From positions 192,001 to 256,000 of the forward strand of contig CBDCKN010000015.1 in assembly GCA_965218295.1 (NCBI GenBank): DNA of 64,000 nucleotides. Reading direction: 5' to 3'. This DNA comes from Longimicrobiales bacterium (GTDB lineage: Bacteria; Gemmatimonadota; Gemmatimonadetes; Longimicrobiales; Gaopeijiaceae). Numbering within the stretch: position 1 is the first letter of the stretch; the number at the start of each line of letters is the position of its first letter. The notes below the pieces were generated by a model. The model was not told the DNA's origin. It worked only from the letters and a program-made list of their open reading frames with translations, and made no database searches. The translations under genes and the position numbers were made by a program. Below, piece after piece: positions 20,820 through 29,443 of this stretch.

Positions 20820-21050
20820 ATGTCCAAAAAGAAACTCACGCTCTCCGTCGACGAAGCCGTGATCGAGCGCGCCAAGCGCTTCTCGCGGAGAAACGAGACG
20901 TCGGTCTCAGAGCTCGTATCCGAGTTCCTCGCTTCTCTCGGGGATGAACACGGGACCTCGACACCTATTGTCACGCGTCTACGTGGCGTACTCCCGTCTT
21001 CCGTCTCACGTGAAGAGTACGGGGATCACCTGAAGGCCAGACACCGGTGA
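20820..21050 (+). CDS. RHH-type antitoxin (DUF6364-like)
   Basis: KKLTLSVDEAVIERAK...SVSELVSEFL; overlaps the PIN gene start. Confidence 0.85.
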   Translation: MSKKKLTLSVDEAVIERAKRFSRRNETSVSELVSEFLASLGDEHGTSTPIVTRLRGVLPSSVSREEYGDHLKARHR

Positions 21051-21460
21051 CCCGGGTTCTTCTCGATATCAACGTCGTTCTCGACGTCCTGGCAACTCGA
21101 GAGCCGTTCGCCGATGACGCCGAGGCCGTGCTGCGGCATGTAGAGGCACGCTCGATTGAAGGTCTCGTCGCGGCGCACACGATTACCACCCTGCACTTCC
21201 TCCTGGCCAAGCGTCTCGGGAAGGCCAAGACCCGAAGAGTCCTCACCGACCTCCTTCACGTGGTAAGAGTCGTCCCCCTAGACGAGGACCGCGTTCGGCA
21301 TGCTCTAGCGCTGAACTGGGCGGATTTCGACGATGCGGTTCAGGCAGCCTGCGCAGAGAAGGCCGAGGCCGACTATCTCGTGACCCGAAACAAGAAGGAC
21401 TTTCAGAGCTCCCCGGTGAAGACCGTCACTCCCGCAGAGTTGCTCGCGCTGATCTCCTAG
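21047..21460 (+). CDS. PIN-domain (VapC-like) toxin
   Basis: VLLDINVVLD, DFDDAVQAACA, LVTRNKKDF. Confidence 0.9.
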   Translation: MTRVLLDINVVLDVLATREPFADDAEAVLRHVEARSIEGLVAAHTITTLHFLLAKRLGKAKTRRVLTDLLHVVRVVPLDEDRVRHALALNWADFDDAVQAACAEKAEADYLVTRNKKDFQSSPVKTVTPAELLALIS

Positions 21461-21589
21461 TTCCTCCCACGTCGGATGGCCGAGACCGTTCACAAGCTCC
21501 ACGGCGACCCAAATCCATGCGATCGGCGCTGCCGCTGCCCAACCACGTCGCACGGTGCGGCCGACTCCGTGTTCACCACCGCCGGACGC

Positions 21590-22057
21590 TCAGAGGCGAG
21601 CAAGGAAATAAGCAAGGCCATGAAGTAGGACACCAAACAAGACGGAACTGGCGAAGATAGCCCCTGAAAGTCGGGCCGACGACGACCGCAGTACGATAGC
21701 ACTCAAGGGGATGTACAACAGCAGCCCGGTGACAGTGCCCGGCGAGTAGTAACCCAAGCCTAGTGTAGCAAGGGTATGCAGCGCCCCGTTTAGGCCAACC
21801 AACGCAGCGAACGAGGCGCCGAACCAGGCCATGCTCGGATAGTGAAAAGCCGCCAGCGTGCCGATTCCGAAGAGCAGGAATGCGATTGCGTTTATGAGCA
21901 AGAACCGCTCGGGGCTCACTTCGCCGCCCGGAGCGATCAGAGTCCAAGCAGGCAACCCTCCGAACCACTCTTCCGCAAGGTGCAGCAGAAATGCGACTGG
22001 CAGAAGCATCGCCGCACGGGGCGCGGCAGAGGGCCCATCGGGCGCTGAAGCAGCCAT
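21590..22057 (-). CDS. HXXEE-domain membrane protein
   Basis: HLAEE, NGALH, YSPGTVTG. Confidence 0.82.
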   Translation of the reverse strand: MAASAPDGPSAAPRAAMLLPVAFLLHLAEEWFGGLPAWTLIAPGGEVSPERFLLINAIAFLLFGIGTLAAFHYPSMAWFGASFAALVGLNGALHTLATLGLGYYSPGTVTGLLLYIPLSAIVLRSSSARLSGAIFASSVLFGVLLHGLAYFLARL

Positions 22058-22216
22058 GCGGTCTCCTTTGCGCTAACGTCTCGCGATTGACCTGCGCTCG
22101 CTTCGCGGTGCTCGGTCGTCTCCGGCACGCGCAGCGTGCCTCCGGCTCTGCTGGTGCGCGATCAATCTGACACCGCGCGTGCACCGCGCACCTGCCGGCC
22201 TACTGCCACAGCCTTG

Positions 22217-22507
22217 CTACGGATCGCGCCGGTCGGAATGACCGAGGTCCTTTTCTGGGGCGATACGGTCGCGGATGAACTGCTTGAGTTCCTTCATCTC
22301 GGGGAAGCGGCCGCGCTCCTTGCGCGACCATAGTACATCGCCGTCAGCTCGGACCTCAAAGGTCCCGCCAGTTCGTGGGACGAGCACCAGTTGGCCGATC
22401 TCGGCCTCGAATGTGGTGAGGAGCTCCTGCGCGATCCACGTCGCTCGCATGAGCCAGCGACATTGGGTGCAATAGTGAATCTCGACTCGGTTCTTCACGG
22501 ATGACAT
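22217..22507 (-). CDS. SelT/SelW/SelH (Rdx) family protein
   Basis: IHYCTQCRWLMRATWIAQELLTTF...FPE.KELKQ.IRD.IAP.KDLGHSD. Confidence 0.93.
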   Translation of the reverse strand: MSSVKNRVEIHYCTQCRWLMRATWIAQELLTTFEAEIGQLVLVPRTGGTFEVRADGDVLWSRKERGRFPEMKELKQFIRDRIAPEKDLGHSDRRDP

Positions 22508-22594
22508 CGCACGGGTTCTCCGGCGCCGCGCAAGGGATCGCGATTCTGCTGTCTGACCACTCTGCCGACCCGCCGCGTGAGCTGGCGCGCGACG

Positions 22595-22798
22595 TTATCG
22601 ATTCCTTCGTTTGGGTCCTTCTGCCGTTTCGATGACGAACGCGGCGAGTTCACCCCAACGGACGGGAGACGGCTTCAGTTCTTCGAGAACCTCGTCGGCA
22701 GTTGTGCCCCTGAATGGCCCCTTGTGCCCCTTCTTCGCCTCGCGGTACGCCGCCACAGCACGACGGACGACGGGTTGCTCATCGGGCGTCAAGTCCAT
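22595..22798 (-). CDS. Small hypothetical protein
   Basis: ORF in the small-gene island; no recognisable motif. Confidence 0.35.
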   Translation of the reverse strand: MDLTPDEQPVVRRAVAAYREAKKGHKGPFRGTTADEVLEELKPSPVRWGELAAFVIETAEGPKRRNR

Positions 22799-22863
22799 GA
22801 CCGTAAACCTAACGGTACTCGCCGCTGCCGATGCTGACAGCGACCAGAGTTGAACTCACGGCC

Positions 22864-23355
22864 TCATGCTTCAGCGGCATGAATCTTCTCAACCTGATTC
22901 CTCTGCCGGATCTCCAAGACAATATTTACCTGAACATTAATCCCCAGCAGCAACATGACCTCGCAGGGGTGGGTCTTTAACATCCAGAAACGGACACTCT
23001 GCCGCCGAATGCCACCCATGACAGCTTCGAACTGCCGGAGTGTCTCCCGAACGGAAAAGACTTCATCCTCTACTCGATAGGAAATGTCGCGCTCTTCTTT
23101 GTGGACATCGGAGACCGAGGCTTCAGTACCGATTTTCTTCCCTCCCCCCGGATACTCCTGCTTGGCAAAAGGCATACGAAGGAAGGCCAGGGTCTTCTTC
23201 AGGGGGCCAAGCTCGTCTTTCACCCGCTGCGAAAAGCACGCTTTCGCCCCTGCCATGGTTCGGACCACCTCGAAGGCTCCCACCACCCAGAGCCAGAACT
23301 GGCCGTACACCCGGTCGAAAGCCTCCGAGTCAACGCGCCCCTCTTCGTCGAACAT
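22864..23355 (-). CDS. Hypothetical protein
   Basis: Strong RBS (GAGGAGGAG) before ATG; lower GC. Confidence 0.5.
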   Translation of the reverse strand: MFDEEGRVDSEAFDRVYGQFWLWVVGAFEVVRTMAGAKACFSQRVKDELGPLKKTLAFLRMPFAKQEYPGGGKKIGTEASVSDVHKEERDISYRVEDEVFSVRETLRQFEAVMGGIRRQSVRFWMLKTHPCEVMLLLGINVQVNIVLEIRQRNQVEKIHAAEA

Positions 23356-23571
23356 GGACTCCTCCTCTTACCCAAGAGGTGTGGTGTCCACGAAACCTGG
23401 TCAACTCCAATGGAGCTGACCAGGTGCGCTACCGCAGCGGGCCAACCGCCGCGCCCGAGACCCGAGTTGCTCCCGACGTCAAACCAAAAGGCTCTCGCAA
23501 ACCGACGGAGCCCTGCTTAGGATATATGCGAGGAATAGCCGAATAGGGACGCCCTCTCAGGAGGTGGAACG

Positions 23572-24717
23572 ATGGCGAGTCGCGACGGCGCGTTCGGCGT
23601 ATTGATGGGCGCAGCTGTTGGAACGCTCTTCCTCGTACCAGCCCACGGTTTGGCACAATGGGAACTTTTTGAAGTGGACCCGTGCTCCTCGGCGGTCATT
23701 TACCTGTCACGGATGGCGAGCCTGATTCGTTGCGCCGAGACAGGATATGCTCCAGACCAGTACACCCTTGGAGTGATATACGCCGAGGGTGACGGCGTCG
23801 CCGAGGACGATGCAGAGGCCGTACGCTGGTATCGGCTAGCGGCCGAGCAAGGGCATGCTTCAGCCCAGTACAACCTTGGACTGATGTACGCCATTGGAGA
23901 CGGCGTCCCGGAGGACGATGCAGAGGCCGTACGCTGGTATCGGCTAGCGGCCGAGCAAGGGTTTGTTGCCGCCCAGTCCAACCTTGGAGTGATGTACGAC
24001 AATCGTAACGGCGTCCCCGAGGACGATGCGGAGGCCGTGCGCTGGTATCGGCTAGCGGCCGAGCAAGGGTATGTTATTGCCCAGTACAACCTTGGAGTGA
24101 TGTATGAGCATGGTAACGGCGTCCCCGAGGACGATGCAGAGGCCGTACGCTGGTATCGGCTAGCGGCCGAGCAAGGGCATGCTTCAGCCCAGTACAACCT
24201 TGGACTGATGTACACCGAGGGTAACGGCGTCCCCGAGGACAAAGCGGAGGCCGTACGCTGGTATCGGCTAGCGGCCGAGCAGGGGTTTGCTGCCGCCCAG
24301 CACAACCTTGGACTGATGTACGCCATTGGAGACGGCGTCCCCGAGGACGATGCGGAGGCCGTACGCTGGTATCGGCTAGCGGCCGAGCAAGGGTATGTTT
24401 TTGCCCAGTTCAACCTTGGAGTGATGTATAGCCGGGGTGAAGGCGTCCCCGAGGACGATGTAGAGGCCGTACGCTGGTATCGGTTAGCGGCTGAGCAGGG
24501 GGATGCTCTAGCCCAGTCCAACCTTGGATTCATGTACGGCAATGGAGACGGCGTCCCGAAGGACCTGGTCTTCGCCTATATGTGGTTCAATTTCTCGGCA
24601 GCCCAAGGAAATGAGACTGCGCAAAGCAACGAAGAGAGAATCGAGCAGTATATGACTCGTGATCAAATTGCCGAGGCCCAAAGGCTGTCCCGCGAGTGGC
24701 TCGAACGGCATCGATGA
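23572..24717 (+). CDS. Sel1-repeat (SLR/TPR) secreted protein
   Basis: Signal-like N-terminus; eight 36-aa AQYNLG.MY..G.GVPEDDAEAVRWYRLAAEQG repeats; typical C-cap. Confidence 0.95.
   Translation: MASRDGAFGVLMGAAVGTLFLVPAHGLAQWELFEVDPCSSAVIYLSRMASLIRCAETGYAPDQYTLGVIYAEGDGVAEDDAEAVRWYRLAAEQGHASAQYNLGLMYAIGDGVPEDDAEAVRWYRLAAEQGFVAAQSNLGVMYDNRNGVPEDDAEAVRWYRLAAEQGYVIAQYNLGVMYEHGNGVPEDDAEAVRWYRLAAEQGHASAQYNLGLMYTEGNGVPEDKAEAVRWYRLAAEQGFAAAQHNLGLMYAIGDGVPEDDAEAVRWYRLAAEQGYVFAQFNLGVMYSRGEGVPEDDVEAVRWYRLAAEQGDALAQSNLGFMYGNGDGVPKDLVFAYMWFNFSAAQGNETAQSNEERIEQYMTRDQIAEAQRLSREWLERHR
23758..24621 (+). repeat. 108-bp tandem coding repeat, 8 units
   Basis: Units start at 23758, 23866, 23974, 24082, 24190, 24298, 24406 and 24514; the core GAGGCCGTACGCTGGTATCGGCTAGCGGCCGAGCAAGGG is near identical in the first seven. 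Confidence 0.95.
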
Positions 24718-24826
24718 GTCTGGAAGCTGACCCCCCAAATGGGCGAAGCCGGGAACCGCTCCAAAGGCAAGTCCTATTTCGCCCCGCCGTATCTGGGGAC
24801 GGACCAGCACTCCGCCACGTGTGAGT

Positions 24827-24877
24827 CGCGTACCGGCCCTCTAGGGCGGTGTTCAGGCGGGCGATGGAATCGGACAC
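24827..24877 (-). pseudogene. 5' remnant of a Ser/Thr protein kinase gene
   Basis: GGAG RBS followed by VSDSIARLNTALEGRYA, a leader typical of Gemmatimonadota kinases; no kinase domain follows. Confidence 0.5.
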
Positions 24878-24931
24878 GGGCGCACTCCGGGATCAGACCG
24901 AGAATATGCTACTCGCAGCGGCGCTGCTCCA

Positions 24932-25276
24932 CTACGCCCGCCAATCGACGAAGACTTGATTGGGAGGAGGTGGCTCCTGAGAAGCATCCATCCCGTGAGT
25001 ACCGATGAGGATCGTCTCGGCGAACCAACGGTCAAATGGCTCGTCCGAGTTTAGATACTTCGATACGACACCATTTGGGTCATCTCCTTCCAGGCAAACG
25101 ACCACGTAGTCTCCTTCGGGTGTTTGCTGGAGGCTTACGACCTCTCTGGTTACACCCATACGCCGCCGCGACTCCTCGAAGTCAGCCCTGCGAGGGCCAG
25201 TCATCTCTACTGCGGCCTGCTTCCAGGCACCGGTCGTTCCAGGCAAGAGAGGTACGGCGAAGGTTGTGGCAGGCAT
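24932..25276 (-). CDS. Conserved hypothetical protein (dimeric alpha/beta-barrel-like)
   Basis: FAVPLLPG...SRRRMGVTRE...QQTPEGD; GAGGAG RBS. Confidence 0.65.
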   Translation of the reverse strand: MPATTFAVPLLPGTTGAWKQAAVEMTGPRRADFEESRRRMGVTREVVSLQQTPEGDYVVVCLEGDDPNGVVSKYLNSDEPFDRWFAETILIGTHGMDASQEPPPPNQVFVDWRA

Positions 25277-25475
25277 GTGAAGCTCCTCTTGGTTGCTTGA
25301 CGAAGATCGCCGATGTGATGATCACGCTCATGAAGCCCATCGAGCGGAAGGGCTGCCTCTCAACATCGGTGACGCGGAGGAGGAAGCCGACGGAAAAGCA
25401 GGTCAGACGCCTTCCACGAAGACGCGTGGCCATGGGATTTGACGGGTCAATTGGGCACCAGGGCCAGCGCCCGCG

Positions 25476-25769
25476 TTACGGCATCAACGCTACGATCTCT
25501 TCGAACTCGTCTGGGTCCCAGGCACGCATGGTAGTGCTCCTCACGTTCCCCTGGGCACCAGTAGCCAGCGCGAACGCGGAGGCGGCCTTCTCGTCGTCGG
25601 CCTCAGAGATCACGACCAGGTCGTAGGGGCCCTCGGTGTAGTAAGCACCAAGCACTCTCACTCCCATTCCCTCCGCCTGACTGATCGCAGCCTCGAGCCG
25701 GCTGGGCGATTCTTTTACGTTCCGGATGCCCTGGTCCGTGAAACTGTAGAGCGTCGCGTACTTAGCCAT
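25476..25769 (-). CDS. GYD domain protein
   Basis: FTDQGIRNVK...YYTEGPYDLVVI...GNVRSTTMRA. Confidence 0.9.
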   Translation of the reverse strand: MAKYATLYSFTDQGIRNVKESPSRLEAAISQAEGMGVRVLGAYYTEGPYDLVVISEADDEKAASAFALATGAQGNVRSTTMRAWDPDEFEEIVALMP

Positions 25770-26049
25770 CGGTCTGGCCTCCTTCAATGGGTGCGTGTCG
25801 CAGACGATGGGGATTAGCGACGAGTTTCGCAAAGCGGCAAGGGGTTGTCTTCCCGTCCGGCCCGAGAAACCATCCAGCGTATGTTCCGATACGAAACCTA
25901 CGTACGCCGCCAAGCCGTCGACCTCAGCTGCCCTTAGGCAGCGGGCGGGACAACGGGTCGTCGGGCAGATCCGGTTCCTCGAAGTCGAGGGACGGCGACC
26001 TAAAGCGCACCGAGCCCCCTTGACCTCGCGCCCTTCTCCGTGAATATTG

Positions 26050-26064
26050 GTTGTGTACTACAAC
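26050..26064. promoter_or_regulatory. Putative MarR operator 1 (GTTG-N7-CAAC)
   Basis: GTTGTGTACTACAAC, just downstream of TTGACC-N17-AATATT. Confidence 0.6.
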
Positions 26065-26078
26065 TATCAGTGGGGACC

Positions 26079-26570
26079 ATGCCGACCACCATCACCGACA
26101 AGAGCATCGCCGAGGACGCTCGGGCCCTATCGCAGGCGTTCTCGGAGCTGATCCGCCTGGTCCAGTTCCGGGATCGGGATCGGGCCTGCTGTTACGGCCT
26201 CACGGTGAGCCAATGCTATGGGCTGAAGGCGGTGTGCGAGACGGGACCGCTGAGCGTGAACGAGCTCGCCGGCGCCCTCTACCTGGAGAAGAGCACGGCC
26301 AGCCGGCTCGCCAGGGGACTGGAGGACACGGGTCTGGTCGCGCGCACCACGGACCAGGAGGACCGGCGCTCCGTACGCCTCGCCGCCAGCGCGGCGGGCC
26401 GGCGCGCCTACGAGACCATCGAGGCGGACCTCCAGAGGGAGTACGCCGCCCTGCTCGAGGACTTCGAGCCCGAGGTTCGATCTGGCATGACTGAGCTCCT
26501 GGATCGCCTCACGCGAGCGGTCGGCAGCCGTGTGGAGGCGGAGGGGGGAAGCTGTTGTGTGGTTCGCTGA
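26079..26570 (+). CDS. MarR family regulator with two CC pairs
   Basis: RACCYGLTVSQC, LSVNELA..LYLEKSTASRL, DRRSVRL, C-terminal SCCVVR. Confidence 0.9.
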   Translation: MPTTITDKSIAEDARALSQAFSELIRLVQFRDRDRACCYGLTVSQCYGLKAVCETGPLSVNELAGALYLEKSTASRLARGLEDTGLVARTTDQEDRRSVRLAASAAGRRAYETIEADLQREYAALLEDFEPEVRSGMTELLDRLTRAVGSRVEAEGGSCCVVR

Positions 26571-26614
26571 CCGCCCGAGGCGCGTCCTCGGGAGCACTTT
26601 TTTTTCCTGTATAA

Positions 26615-26629
26615 GTTGCAACTACCAAC
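26615..26629. promoter_or_regulatory. Putative MarR operator 2 (GTTG-N7-CAAC)
   Basis: GTTGCAACTACCAAC, 15 bp upstream of the arsM ATG. Confidence 0.6.
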
Positions 26630-26644
26630 CATATAGGTGAGGAC

Positions 26645-27462
26645 ATGGAACACGACACCATTCGCAAAGCGGTCCGGGATCGCTACGCCACCATCGCAGA
26701 GGACGAGGACGTCTGTTGCACTCCTTCGTGCTGCGCTTCCGGCAAGACTCACTCCGTCTCGATGGCCGTCGGGTACGACGAGGAGCAGCTCGACGGCGTG
26801 CCCGAGGGCGCGGACCTGGGCCTGGGCTCCGGGAACCCCGTGGCCGTCGCCGGCCTCCGAGAGGGAGACACGGTGCTGGATCTCGGCTCGGGGGGCGGCA
26901 TCGACTGCTTCCTGGCCGCCGAGAAGGTGGGCCCCACGGGCAAGGTGATCGGGGTCGACATTACGCCCGAGATGACCGCCCGCGCCCGCAGGAACGCCAA
27001 GAAGGGCTCGTACCCGAACGTAGACTTCCGGCTGGGCGAGATCGAGGCCCTGCCCGTGGCCGACGGCACGGTGGACGTCATCATCTCCAACTGCGTCATC
27101 AACCTCTCGCCCGAGCGGGGCCGGGTCTTCGCCGAGGCCCTCGGGCCCTCAAGCCGGGCGGCAGGCTGGTGATCTCCGATCTCGTATGCCGGGGGCCGAT
27201 CCCCGGAGCGCTACGTGAGGAGGCGGAAGCGGTGACGACCTGCCTTCCCGTCGAGGAGCACGAGTATCTGGCCGACCTGGAAAAGGCGGGGTTCACCGAC
27301 GCGAAGGTGACGAACGCCAGGCCCTACCCCCGCGGGGTCTTGTCCTCGACGCCCATCGCCCAGAGCATCATCGAGAAGCACCCGGAGATGGCCGAGTCTC
27401 TGGAGGAATTTGCCTCGTCGGTGAGCGGCGCCATCATCGAGGCGCGGAAGCCGGTCGCGTAG
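26645..27462 (+). CDS. arsM: Arsenite S-adenosylmethionine methyltransferase; -1 frameshift near 27142
   Basis: VRDRY, CC..CC, ADLGLGSGNP, VLDLGSGGGIDCF, ISNCVINLSP, then LKPGGRLVISD in the next frame. Confidence 0.88.
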
Positions 27463-27470
27463 CTCCGGCG

Positions 27471-28250
27471 TCACGCGTCGTCCTCCCTGATGCGGGCGCC
27501 GCCGGGCCTGGCCCCCAGCTGCACTCTTGCGCCCCTGCCCTCCGCCAACTCGGGCGAGGCGACGTAACGAAGGAAGACGGCGGTCAGCTCCGATGCCAGG
27601 TCCTTGTCCTCGATACCGTCCTCCCGGCCCCCCCACGCGAAGATGTAGCGACTCCTCAGGGTGGCGAAGACCTGGAGCGTCGCCAGGCGTACGGCCCACT
27701 CGGGATCGGGGTGGCCGAGCTCGTCGCTCCGCTCCATCAGGAGCACGATGAGGTAGTCGGCGATCCGGTTGTCCAGCTCGGCGGTCCGGTCCAGGAGCTC
27801 GGGCTCCGGATGGGACATGGCGTGAACCAGGAACGCCCGCAGGAGAGAGCCGTGGGCGCGGCTCCAGAGCACCAGCGTCCGGGTGAACTGTAAGACGATC
27901 TCCCGCACGCCGGCCGCGGACCAGCGGGCAGGAGCCAGGACGGTCTCCCAACCGTCCTGCGCGTCCTCCCAGAACCGTGTGGCCAGGTAGGCGAGAAGCG
28001 CGTCGCGGCTGTCGAAGCGCGCGTAAAAGGTGCCCGCGCCAGTCCCGGAGCGGGACAGGATCTCCTGCACGGTGGCCCCCTCGAGACCCTCCTCGGCGAT
28101 GAGATCCATGGCCGAGGTCACGATCCGGTCGAACGAGGCGCGGCTCCTCGCCTGCCTCGGAAGACGAACCCCCGATAGAGCGCGAGATCTCGGCGCCTCT
28201 TCGCCCCCCAGATCCGGAGGCACCCTCGGAGGAGGTGGCGGATGATTCAT
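27471..28250 (-). CDS. TetR/AcrR family regulator
   Basis: PRQARSRASFDRI...GATVQEI...GTFYARFDSRDALL. Confidence 0.9.
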   Translation of the reverse strand: MNHPPPPPRVPPDLGGEEAPRSRALSGVRLPRQARSRASFDRIVTSAMDLIAEEGLEGATVQEILSRSGTGAGTFYARFDSRDALLAYLATRFWEDAQDGWETVLAPARWSAAGVREIVLQFTRTLVLWSRAHGSLLRAFLVHAMSHPEPELLDRTAELDNRIADYLIVLLMERSDELGHPDPEWAVRLATLQVFATLRSRYIFAWGGREDGIEDKDLASELTAVFLRYVASPELAEGRGARVQLGARPGGARIREDDA

Positions 28251-28288
28251 GAGAGAGGCAAACCTGGGTCAAAGTGCTCAGAGTAATA

Positions 28289-28307
28289 ATTTGAATTCAA
28301 ATTCAAA
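28289..28307. promoter_or_regulatory. AT-rich palindrome, candidate TetR operator
   Basis: Perfect 14-bp ATTTGAATTCAAAT with an overlapping TTTGAAT-N4-ATTCAAA, between two tetR genes. Confidence 0.5.
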
Positions 28308-28340
28308 GAAACATCACGGGGGGAGAGGTGGCAAGGGTTT

Positions 28341-28988
28341 TCAGCCCCAGACGTCGAAGAACTCGACCTCCGACTCGGAGGGCGGAGCGGAGGGATGATC
28401 CCCGGTGAGGTGCCGGACGAGGGCCGCACACAGGTCGGTCATGACAGCCGGATCCAGGGAAAGCGCGCACGCTTCCAGGGACCGGCAGGTCGTCTCAACG
28501 GCCAGATCGGGGGAGGCGTGGTTGATAGCGGCGCTCCGGTCCAGGAGAAGGCGCCGCGAGCTCTCCAGCACCTTGGCCTTGAAGCGTACGGCGGCCTCGG
28601 AGGGGCCGGCACCAGGCCCATGGAGGGCCTGGGCCAGTCCATCACGCGCCACCCGGTGCATCAGCTCGAGCTCGGCGTAGAGCTTGGCCAATCCACTCAC
28701 CACCTCGGGGATGGCGCGATCGCCCCAGCTCAACTTCGTGGCTTCGTTCCAGCGCTCCTCGGCACTCTCCCAGATGCGCTCGTCCAGGTAGATGAGCAGG
28801 TCGTCCTTACCCTTGAAGCGGGCGTAGAAGGAGCCTACAGACGAGCCGGCGCGCCGGACGATGGCGTTGATGGTGGTGCCTTCCACCCCCTTCTCGGCGA
28901 TGAGCTCGAGGGCGGCCTGGGTGATCCGCTGCAGGGTCCGGCGGCTCCGGCTCTGCTTGGGCTGGCGAAGGTGCGTGTCACTCATCAT
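28341..28988 (-). CDS. TetR/AcrR family regulator
   Basis: PKQSRSRRTLQRI...SSVGSFYARFKGKDDLL. Confidence 0.9.
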   Translation of the reverse strand: MMSDTHLRQPKQSRSRRTLQRITQAALELIAEKGVEGTTINAIVRRAGSSVGSFYARFKGKDDLLIYLDERIWESAEERWNEATKLSWGDRAIPEVVSGLAKLYAELELMHRVARDGLAQALHGPGAGPSEAAVRFKAKVLESSRRLLLDRSAAINHASPDLAVETTCRSLEACALSLDPAVMTDLCAALVRHLTGDHPSAPPSESEVEFFDVWG

Positions 28989-29115
28989 AGGCGGAGGAAA
29001 TTAGTATACATATTCTAAATACGCTGATGAGCCCCGGTTCGCAACACATACGGGTTGCCTCTGGGCCGTCCTCGCGGCACTATTCCCGCACTCCCATCTC
29101 ACGGAGGACCACGAG

Positions 29116-29409
29116 TTGGCAAGTCGAGACCCGCTTCAGGAGATTCCCGGCGTCGGCCCAAGCATCAGTGCAGATCTTCGCGCGCTGGACATCGAGCGAG
29201 TGGCCGATCTGGCGGGCCGTGATCCGGAACAGCTCTACCAGCGGCTATGCGTGCTTCAGGGCGGGCCGGTGGACCGGTGCATGCTCTACGTGTTCCGCTG
29301 CGCCGTCTACTACGCCACCGAGGAGCGGCACGACCCCGAGCTTCTCCTCTGGTGGAGCTGGAAGAGCCGCACGGAGCTCGACGGAAAAGGCAGCGGCGGT
29401 AGTAGGTAA
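29116..29409 (+). CDS. Helix-hairpin-helix protein (Cdd1/mitomycin-resistance-like)
   Basis: LQEIPGVGPSI..DL, DPEQLY, DRCMLYVFRCAVYYA, WWSWK; GGAGG RBS with TTG start. Confidence 0.85.
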   Translation: MASRDPLQEIPGVGPSISADLRALDIERVADLAGRDPEQLYQRLCVLQGGPVDRCMLYVFRCAVYYATEERHDPELLLWWSWKSRTELDGKGSGGSR

Positions 29410-29443
29410 GCGTGTACGTCCCACGAGCCCGAGCATCAGGCCA

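Noticed and set aside
22217..22507. SelW-like gene as a selenoprotein
   Set aside because: The motif is CTQC with ordinary Cys codons
23758..24621. Regular repeats resembling a CRISPR array
   Set aside because: In-frame 108-bp Sel1 coding repeats; no unique spacers and no cas genes
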